In this document: positions 57,248-64,000 of the stretch, piece after piece
How positions within the stretch are numbered: the stretch's first letter is position 1
Layout: every line of letters starts with the position of its first letter
DNA from: Chlorokybus atmophyticus
Taxonomy: Eukaryota > Plantae > Mesostigma and Chlorokybus algae
Assembly: GCA_009103225.1 (NCBI GenBank)
Contig: RHPI01000277.1
Span: 642,074 to 706,073, forward strand
Direction: 5' to 3'
Length of the DNA: 64,000 nt
Program-made: the position numbers and the translations under genes
Notes under the pieces: generated by a model
Seen by the model: the letters and a program-made list of their open reading frames with translations, nothing else
What the model was told of the DNA's origin: nothing
Database searches by the model: none

Positions 57248-58305
57248 TGGTAGAAGTGGTGGTGGTCAAGGCGTGTGACTGGTTGCGCTGTGCGTCCAGG
57301 GTCCAGGATGTCATCGACGACGAGATTTCGTGGCCGATTGCTGTATAGGTACTCTGCCAGAAACAGGTCTTCCACAATGGCCAGGTTGGTCCACTTGGCG
57401 CGGACGCGGTGTGCACGAGATCCATGACGCGCGGCGTTGATTTTGAGAGGATGCCCCAGCAAGGAGCATACTTGCCGATAGGCCTTGGCGACGTGATGCC
57501 GCTTGTCATCCTCGGAGTGCACATTCTCGATGATGTACCCCAAGGGCCTAGCGATCTGACTGGTCTGCAGGAGTTTGATGACTCTCATTAGCTCCCAGAA
57601 CAGCTGTGAGCGAGGATCAGAGAGCCCTTGGCCTCTGCCTGCCCTGGAGTGCCCTTGACACTCCCATCCTGCTATCAGCAGGTCAATGTTGCCGACTGCC
57701 TGCAGGTGATCCTTGGTAATCCAGCGGATGTCCTGCGGTAGAGCCTTCTGGCTCCCTTGCAGTGCCGACAGTGGTAGCTGCTGCGGGTAGCGCTGGTGCA
57801 GCTGTCGTAAATGATGGCTCAGAGCCTCCTGTGCATGAGGGTCAGGGTCACAGTAGAGGTACTTGGTGACTGTTGTTCCTGTGTTGAGGACAGCCGCAAG
57901 CCCACTGCCTATGCCTCCGAACAGCTCCAGCACGGTGATGCCTTGTTGTCGGCGGAACATGTGGAACTCCACAACTCCCGTAGCTATGTGGTACTGCTCC
58001 TGCACTGTAGCCTGGTCTTTGTAGACAGGGAAGTGTGCAGTGAGCTGAGGCCTGGTCAACAGCATGTGTGCTGCTACTTGTGCGCTCCAGCGACGCTCGG
58101 ATGGCACCTGAAAGGCCACTTCTTTGGTGACAGTCTCCTGAGACTCATCGTACGGTGTAGTAGAGTCCTCTTCAGCGTTTAGGCTCGGGCTCGAGCTCGT
58201 TGCAGTTGTCCTCGGCTGCGTTCGGACACGAGGCACACGTGGGCTTTTTGTAAGACTGTAGGTGGCTGCTGCAGCCGATCTTCGTTGCGAGCGGGCCTTG
58301 GCCAC
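57058..58305 (-). CDS. C5 DNA methyltransferase domain of the Gypsy polyprotein (DNMT3/Dcm-like fold)
   Basis: VLELFGGIGSG (I), LLIAGWECQGHSRAG (IV), YIIENV (VI), RAHRVRAKWTN (VIII). After a frameshift near 57120 the frame continues ERERAMGF..QCQLLGRAMD (IX-X). Confidence 0.9.
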   Translation of the reverse strand: MAKARSQRRSAAAATYSLTKSPRVPRVRTQPRTTATSSSPSLNAEEDSTTPYDESQETVTKEVAFQVPSERRWSAQVAAHMLLTRPQLTAHFPVYKDQATVQEQYHIATGVVEFHMFRRQQGITVLELFGGIGSGLAAVLNTGTTVTKYLYCDPDPHAQEALSHHLRQLHQRYPQQLPLSALQGSQKALPQDIRWITKDHLQAVGNIDLLIAGWECQGHSRAGRGQGLSDPRSQLFWELMRVIKLLQTSQIARPLGYIIENVHSEDDKRHHVAKAYRQVCSLLGHPLKINAARHGSRAHRVRAKWTNLAIVEDLFLAEYLYSNRPRNLVVDDILDPGRTAQPVTRLDHHHFYQCNQPGQPRRALPTLVSYPGSYAFRNAGDGMVLNSNTGQLEEPTLVSASVLWDSFQAASHAPR

Positions 58306-61025
58306 CAGTTCGAGAGGTAGGAATCCCTGCTCCTCTCCATCATCCTCATCCCAATGTGGTCGAAACCATGCCTGCTCAGTCTAGCAGTCCAGCCCCATGC
58401 CGACAGGGAAGTTGCAGTCCTGTCCCAACAGTAGGTCAAAGGACCCGGCATCGGTGACCACACACACCTTTGTACAATCTCGGTGCTGTGGGAAGGGTTT
58501 AGTCCGGTGAGGCGGATGCTCACAGCCTGCTTGGTAAGGCCGAGTACCTTGTCGCGGTTGCCGGTTGCGGTGTCCAGCTGACAGGGACAGGGAAGCAGCT
58601 CAGCGCTGGTGATGCCGAGATCTCGTGCGAGATAGCGCCCAATGATGACAGGCTGTGCTCCAGTGTCCAGCATCACGCGTTTGGGTGCCCGCCCATTGAC
58701 GGTCACGTGCTTGCCTTGGTTGGCGATCATGGCTGCATTGGCGTTGATGCGCAGCCTCCTGAAGCGACGAAACCTCTTGCGTGGAGAGACTGTTGCTTTA
58801 CTCTCATCTGCGGGGCCTGACCGTAGGGCAGCCAGGGCTCCTCTACCTGCTGGATCTTGTGGGCCTCCTTGTCCTCGGCTTTGTCCAAACCGTCCTTGTC
58901 GCGGTTGCTGGTACACGCGTGGTGGCCTAGGCACTGGAGGTGCTGCTGCAACCTGTCCAAATGGAGGTGCAGGAGGGTTGACCCTCTGTGCAGCTGTTGT
59001 CATGCCAGGAGGAGTGGCCAGTGGCTGTGGCGGGAACCCTGGAGGACCTGGTGTTTGCGGGACTGCCTCTCGTGCAGCCTGCTCCTCTGCATAGGTCCAT
59101 CGCACAGCATGGGCTGCCTCTCTGACTAGTGTACCTTCCCATGTCGCCGTCGCATTGTTGTCCACATCTATATAGCGATGGTTCTGAGGCATGGGCTGCA
59201 GGTACACTGCGCGTAGGAGCCGCGCTCTCATGTCGTGGGTGATGATGGGCACCCTGAGGATTACTGCCATGTAAGCATCCCATCTGCCGTTGACCACTCC
59301 CACTTCCAGCACTGTTATTGCTCGTGTGCGTACAGTGAGGCGGGTCTCTGGCTGTTGGACATGCTGCTCGTAAGCAGCGGCGATGCGCCTGCGCTGACGT
59401 CCTGCTTCCACTCCTGGCAAACTCAATATCGCCTGCAGAGCTCCCTCCAGAGTGTCGGTGGCGGCGGAAGCCACTTCATCATAGGCTTGCCGTATGGAGC
59501 GAAGGAATGCGTCCACCCACGCTATTCTGGCGCCGAAAGCGAACAACGGGACTGCGGGATGGTTGGTGACCAGCCACGTCACTAACCGTGCGCGTGCCGC
59601 GTTGCCATTGTCTCGCATCCCAAGCATCTGCCGGAGTCCGATGCCTTCTTGACGATGCAGCATGGTTGCTTGTTGCAACAGAGCAGTGCGTAGTTGTTGC
59701 TCTCCAACCAGTCCTGCTCCATCTCTTTGTGTACACCCTTGTGGTGTAAGGTAGCCCCTCCCTGGCTCCCTTTGGTCCTCAGGTAGATCCTCCACCAGCG
59801 CAGGCAGCAACGGGGCGATCACCCCCCTGGTTTGTTGAGCCAACGCCCTCGCTTGGTCAGAGTTGATCTCGACGAGGAGCGGAGTGGTGCTGGAGGATGG
59901 ACCAGCAGTTGGTGACTGATGTATTGGTGCACGTGTAGCTTCAAGAGCTTGCTCACGTACAGCAATGGCGGCAGCTTGATCTTGTCGCCAATGATATGCT
60001 TGTTCCAGTGCGTGGTAGCGCTGATGAAGACGAGCGGTTGTAGGAGGTCCGAGTGCTTCATCAGTGCCCAAAGGCAGGTCGGCTGCGTCGGCGATGCGCT
60101 GCTGGACGGCGTCTCGGCGGTCCCGATACGTGTCCAACGGGCTGGGTTCAAAGGTGGTGGTTGGCATGCGTGCAGGCTGGCGCGGGGCGGTCTGCATGTT
60201 GTTGTGCAACGCCCAGAACAGCTGCAGAGCCAACTCCAACACTACAGGTGGGCTGTAGCTGATCAAAAACACCCTGTCACGCATCGGAGGTGCAGTGCCA
60301 GCAAGGATCTCATCTTCTAACTGGTGTTGAGTGAGTGCTGGAAGGGTGTGAACCTCTGGTAGCGGGAAGACGCGATCATCGCGGGCGACACGCGTGGTGC
60401 GCTCTCCCCCCCGACCGAAGGCGATGGTAGTGGGGTCTGCTCCGCGCAGGATGGTTTCCCATGCTCGTTCAGCTTGCTGACCAGTTGGGACAGCCTGAGT
60501 GACGTCGAGAGCGGGCAGAGTGGCTGCGCGCGTCGCTGCAGAGACAGCGGGCTCGACGATGGCCATTGTGGCAGTTGCGACGGTATCGGTCGGTGGTGCG
60601 AGAGTTGTCTCAACGCCTACGGACAAAGGCACTGCTGCAGTGGGAAGTGCACCGCCCACTGGTGCAGATTCGGTAGAGATGGCTGCTGCTGCCAGTGTGC
60701 TCACCAGCGTCGGCGTCACGGTGCCCACCGGTGTACCAGGTTGTGGTGCAACTGGAGTGGGTACTGCTGACGTTGGTGGAGTCGACATTGTAGCCGGTGT
60801 GGCTGTCGCTGCGGAGGCAGCACCACTGGTGGCTTCGAAGGAGGTGCCTGCTAATGTTGTTGCAGCTTCCCCTCGTGCTCGTCGTGATGGTTGCACGCGG
60901 GACGGAGTGTTCCTGTCTCTCTCGCGTTTTGCAGCCATCAGCGCCCATCGGGCCGTGTAGCAGGCGCGGTAGTCCTGCTCCTTGCCTTCCTCCAAGCGTG
61001 CCATACGTGCCATGAGGGCTGCCAT
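58179..61025 (-). CDS. Gypsy gag-like protein + aspartic protease (frameshifted near 58500)
   Basis: Long Ala/Pro/Thr-rich gag-like ORF followed by RVMLDTGAQPVIIG. The shifted frame continues SFDLLLGQD with a TAG at 58381-58383. Confidence 0.85.
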   Translation of the reverse strand: MAALMARMARLEEGKEQDYRACYTARWALMAAKRERDRNTPSRVQPSRRARGEAATTLAGTSFEATSGAASAATATPATMSTPPTSAVPTPVAPQPGTPVGTVTPTLVSTLAAAAISTESAPVGGALPTAAVPLSVGVETTLAPPTDTVATATMAIVEPAVSAATRAATLPALDVTQAVPTGQQAERAWETILRGADPTTIAFGRGGERTTRVARDDRVFPLPEVHTLPALTQHQLEDEILAGTAPPMRDRVFLISYSPPVVLELALQLFWALHNNMQTAPRQPARMPTTTFEPSPLDTYRDRRDAVQQRIADAADLPLGTDEALGPPTTARLHQRYHALEQAYHWRQDQAAAIAVREQALEATRAPIHQSPTAGPSSSTTPLLVEINSDQARALAQQTRGVIAPLLPALVEDLPEDQREPGRGYLTPQGCTQRDGAGLVGEQQLRTALLQQATMLHRQEGIGLRQMLGMRDNGNAARARLVTWLVTNHPAVPLFAFGARIAWVDAFLRSIRQAYDEVASAATDTLEGALQAILSLPGVEAGRQRRRIAAAYEQHVQQPETRLTVRTRAITVLEVGVVNGRWDAYMAVILRVPIITHDMRARLLRAVYLQPMPQNHRYIDVDNNATATWEGTLVREAAHAVRWTYAEEQAAREAVPQTPGPPGFPPQPLATPPGMTTAAQRVNPPAPPFGQVAAAPPVPRPPRVYQQPRQGRFGQSRGQGGPQDPAGRGALAALRSGPADESKATVSPRKRFRRFRRLRINANAAMIANQGKHVTVNGRAPKRVMLDTGAQPVIIGRYLARDLGITSAELLPCPCQLDTATGNRDKVLGLTKQAVSIRLTGLNPSHSTEIVQRCVWSPMPGPLTYCWDRTATSLSAWGWTARLSRHGFDHIGMRMMERSRDSYLSNWWPRPARNEDRLQQPPTVLQKAHVCLVSERSRGQLQRARARA

Positions 61026-61383
61026 ATGGTCATCAGCTGGTGGGTTGGCTGAAGCCTTGGCGGCAACAGCAGCAGCGCGCGGACGTGTCTCTGGTCCCTT
61101 ACGCTGAGGAGGTCTGTTCTTCCCCCTGTAGCCTTGCTCTTCCTTGCGAACACTGGCTTTGTTGTTGTTGTTGTTGTTGCCACCAGCGTTGTTGCTGTTG
61201 TGTGTTGAAGATATTCCTACATCCGGTCAGCCTGCCTTGCATACAAGAGAGAAGAGAAGGGACCTCGATGGGAGGACCTCGAAGACTCCGGACATAAAGG
61301 TCCTGGCGCGGACTGCAGAGAAGGGTCCTAGGAGAATCGTCATATCTCCCAGAATACTCAGTCATTTGGGACGTGGCATAGCT

Positions 61384-61604
61384 TGTTGGAAAGCTTATTA
61401 AGTTAGCTACGTGGCACATCTTACAGCGTAGGATTCGGTTCAGTAGATCGGACGCTGTTGCGTGTAGACCAGCAGTGTGTACAAACTGTGTACTGACTGG
61501 CGGGTATATAACCCCGCGGTTTGTTGGTAATAAATCGGGAAGTGTGTTGCCTTCTCCTGTGTGTCATTGCTTGCCCTCTTCACTTGCATGCTTGCTTCTC
61601 AACA
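61384..61604 (+). repeat. Ty1/Copia 5' LTR (221 bp)
   Basis: TGTTGG...CTCAACA termini with a TATA-like GTATATAA near 61503; directly followed by the PBS. Confidence 0.88.
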
Positions 61605-61617
61605 GGTTATGGGCCCA
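61605..61617 (+). promoter_or_regulatory. Primer-binding site, internal/half-tRNAi-Met type
   Basis: GGTTATGGGCCCA directly after the LTR CA; this PBS type is known from Drosophila copia and Volvox Osser-like elements. Confidence 0.85.
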
Positions 61618-61689
61618 CACTACGCGTGAAGAGTGTGAGAAAGAGAAAGAAAGCGAAGTGAAGAAAAGTGACAAAGTGCACTGAAGTGA

Positions 61690-61900
61690 AGATCGAAGTC
61701 ACTCAAGACTGAAGAGTGAAGAAAAGACCGAAGTCACTCAAGACTGAAGGCGCTGAAGAGTGAAGTGAAGACCGAAGTCACTCAAGACTGAAGGCGCTAA
61801 AGAGTGAAGTGAAGACCGAAGTCATTCAAGACCGAAGTCATTGAAGTCACTCAAGAGTGAAGTGTAGATTAAAGATACTGAAGTCAACAAAGTCACTCAA
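61690..61900 (+). repeat. Tandem ~35-44-bp repeats in the Copia leader
   Basis: GAAGTCACTCAAGACTGAAG(GCGCT)..GAGTGAAGTGAAGACC repeated about four times, then degenerating. Confidence 0.85.
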
Positions 61901-61971
61901 GTCACAACACGTGAAGATTATCAAAGCAAGTCTCAAGTGCTAACTGCAAGAAGAAAGCAGGCGCGGCAAAG

Positions 61972-64000
61972 ATGGAGGCAAGCTACGATAAAGGGCTGAT
62001 CACAAAGCTGGACACAAACAACTACAGCACTTGGTGCGTAGAGATGAAGGCACTACTTATCCACAAGAAGATGTGGAAGTATGTTGACCCGAAGGCATCT
62101 GCACCAAGAGCAGGAGAAGAAAGCATCTGGCTTGAACACTCAGCTGAAGCACATTCATTGATGGTGCTTAACTGCAAGCCACATCACTTTCCCATGCTCA
62201 CAGCATGTGAAGATGGCAGACAAGCTTGGGAGAAGCTTGCAGCCGTATTTCAAGCCAAGAACAACGCCAGAAAGATACAATTACGCAAGCAGCTAAGTGC
62301 GCTTCATAAAGAGACGGCCGAGCCGGTAACAAAATATGTTGCACGTGCGAGAGAGCTGTGGGCGGACCTCATCAACGTCGGCCACAAGATGGAAGAGACG
62401 GAGGTCGTATTGGCGATTGTTGCAGGACTGCCATTAGAGTACGAAGTTGTCGCTACTCTGCTCGAGACATCGTCATCGGAGCTAACCCTAGACGATGTGC
62501 TACCCAAGTTGCTCACTGTGGAGCAACGCGTCTTAAAGAAGGAAGAGCAAGCGGACTCTGTGGCCTTCTACACACGAGACAAATACAAGAAATTAAGCAA
62601 CTATGAAGACAAGAACAAGGCGAAAGGCAGCAACTCAAAGTTCAAGAATCTCACATGCCACTATTGTGGTATTAAAGGACATATCTCAAAGGATTGTCGT
62701 AAGCGCCAACGAGAGCAATCTGAAGCAGGCACCAGTAGCAACGCTCAACGCAAAGAAAAGGGTGTTGCATTTATTGCCTCAAGGAAGTTTAATACAACTT
62801 CATGGGCAATTGATTCAGGCTGTGACCAGCATCTCACACCGCACAAGGAGGTGATGGAGAACTACAGGAAGATGTCAACCACAAGGAAGGTGGAAGGCTT
62901 TAGTGGTCACGAGTTGGAAGCAATAGGAGTTGGTGAAGTGAGGCTTCAATGCAAAATTGGTGATGGTGAGAGAGAGGTGGTACTGCGTGAAGTATTGCAC
63001 GTACCTGGAGCTGCTGCAAGCTTGTTTTCTGTGAGAGTTGCTGAGCGCGTGGGAGCTGAGATAGTGATCCGGGAGGGACGCTGCTCCGTACGCATGGATG
63101 GGGTCGAGTACATGGTCGGCACCCAACGAGGAGGGCTCTACATTGTGGAGCAGACTCATGGCAGCAAGGCCATGATTGTGAAGAAGAAGGAGACGGCTGA
63201 GCTTTGGCATCGAAGGTTCGGGCATTTGGGCTACAGCAACCTCACACGCCTGGTCGCTGAAAACATGGTGAAGGGCATTACTGGGAGCAAGGAAGATTTT
63301 CAAGCGTCTTCAACTACGCTCTGTGAACCCTGTGTGTTGGCCAAGCAGCATCGCATGCCGTTCTCATCATCTTCTTCAAGTAGCAAACATCCCTGCGAGC
63401 TTGTGCACATGGACGTTTGCGGGCCTATGCGCATTGTGGCGAAAGGAGGGGTAAGGTACTTTGCAACATTCCTCGACGACTACAGCAAGCTTTCCATCGT
63501 CTTCCCTTTGATTCAAAAGTCAGAAGTCGCTGGAGCTGTGCGTACAGTCATTGCATTGCTTGAGATTCAATCGGGCAAGAAGATGAAAGCAATGAGAAGT
63601 GATCGAGGAGGGGAGTACATCAACGCCCAGCTCAAAGAGTTCTTCGCCAGCAAAGGCATACGGCATGAGACAACAGCACCATACACTCCGCAGCAGAATG
63701 GAGCAGCTGAACGTCTCAACCGAACGTTGTTGGAGCGTGTTCGAGCCATGCTCAATGACACCAAGTTGGAGGACAGTCTGTGGAAAGAGGCCGTTCTCAC
63801 TGCCAACTACATCCGCAACCGTTCACCGATAAGCTCTGAGCAAAAGACTCCGTGGGAGCTCTTTTACGGTGAAGCGCCAGATGTGAGTGGCATGCGTGTG
63901 TTCGGATGTGTGGCATATGCACTTGTGCCAAGTCAATTGCGACACAAGTTGGAGCCGGTCAGCAAGAAGGGCATCTTCGTTGGCTACGAACCAGGCTCAA
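61972..64000 (+). CDS. Ty1/Copia gag-pol polyprotein, uninterrupted to the window edge
   Basis: MEASYDKG..LDTNNYSTWCVEMKALL, CHYCGIKGHISKDC, WAIDSGCDQH, LWHRRFGHLG..CEPCVLAK, LVHMDVCGP, DDYSK, SDRGGEY, PQQNGAAERLNRTL, VFGCVAYA. No stop found by manual reading of 676 codons. Confidence 0.95.
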   Translation, partial: MEASYDKGLITKLDTNNYSTWCVEMKALLIHKKMWKYVDPKASAPRAGEESIWLEHSAEAHSLMVLNCKPHHFPMLTACEDGRQAWEKLAAVFQAKNNARKIQLRKQLSALHKETAEPVTKYVARARELWADLINVGHKMEETEVVLAIVAGLPLEYEVVATLLETSSSELTLDDVLPKLLTVEQRVLKKEEQADSVAFYTRDKYKKLSNYEDKNKAKGSNSKFKNLTCHYCGIKGHISKDCRKRQREQSEAGTSSNAQRKEKGVAFIASRKFNTTSWAIDSGCDQHLTPHKEVMENYRKMSTTRKVEGFSGHELEAIGVGEVRLQCKIGDGEREVVLREVLHVPGAAASLFSVRVAERVGAEIVIREGRCSVRMDGVEYMVGTQRGGLYIVEQTHGSKAMIVKKKETAELWHRRFGHLGYSNLTRLVAENMVKGITGSKEDFQASSTTLCEPCVLAKQHRMPFSSSSSSSKHPCELVHMDVCGPMRIVAKGGVRYFATFLDDYSKLSIVFPLIQKSEVAGAVRTVIALLEIQSGKKMKAMRSDRGGEYINAQLKEFFASKGIRHETTAPYTPQQNGAAERLNRTLLERVRAMLNDTKLEDSLWKEAVLTANYIRNRSPISSEQKTPWELFYGEAPDVSGMRVFGCVAYALVPSQLRHKLEPVSKKGIFVGYEPGS

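Larger units (their letters stand above)
53050..61383 (-). mobile_element. Ty3/Gypsy LTR retrotransposon carrying a C5 DNA methyltransferase and a PHD finger; 5' LTR not in the window
   Basis: Order gag-PR-MTase-RT-RH-INT-PHD on the minus strand. Candidate PPT G7 at 53504-53510 is followed by TG at 53503. The lower LTR boundary is a guess. Confidence 0.9.

Noticed and set aside
450-58383. Reassignment of TAG/TAA to Gln (as in some ulvophytes), suggested by frequent in-frame TAG
   Set aside because: The intact GOLD and CLS exons and the 676-codon Copia ORF have many CAA/CAG codons and no in-frame TAG or TAA. The TAG-containing genes also carry frameshifts, so mutation explains the stops.
61100-61383. 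5' LTR/PBS of the Gypsy element
   Set aside because: No similarity to 53050-53503 and no clear PBS was found; it probably lies beyond the Copia insertion.

Overview
Eukaryotic, intron-rich DNA (GT-AG introns), most likely from a green-lineage alga. That is an inference from the PAO-like, cardiolipin synthase and plant-type GOLD genes; the species cannot be assigned. There are two N gaps. Zone 1 (1-23 kb) is decayed. It holds pseudogenes of a heparinase II/III-like lyase, a FUT8/GT23-like glycosyltransferase and an SDR, plus a 1.6-kb MITE, a pogo/Tigger element and its MITE, and a tRNA-headed repeat array. Zone 2 (24-36 kb) has three apparently intact host genes: a GOLD-domain protein, cardiolipin synthase and a PAO-like Rieske oxygenase. 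Zone 3 (37.6-64 kb) is a nest of mobile elements. A second MITE copy is interrupted at 38858 by a large (>=14 kb) element that shares its terminus. This element carries a decayed Plavaka-type transposase, a Tudor + prokaryote/phage-type C5 DNA methyltransferase gene, an OTU-like protease gene, an IS630/Tc1-like remnant and orphan genes, with clustered ATGGTAC motifs upstream of its genes. Next comes a Ty3/Gypsy element with its own, different C5 methyltransferase between protease and RT, and a frameshifted C-terminal PHD finger. An intact-looking Ty1/Copia element sits directly upstream of the Gypsy gag; its ORF runs off the window and is missing from the ORF track. All family assignments are by motif recognition only; no searches were run.
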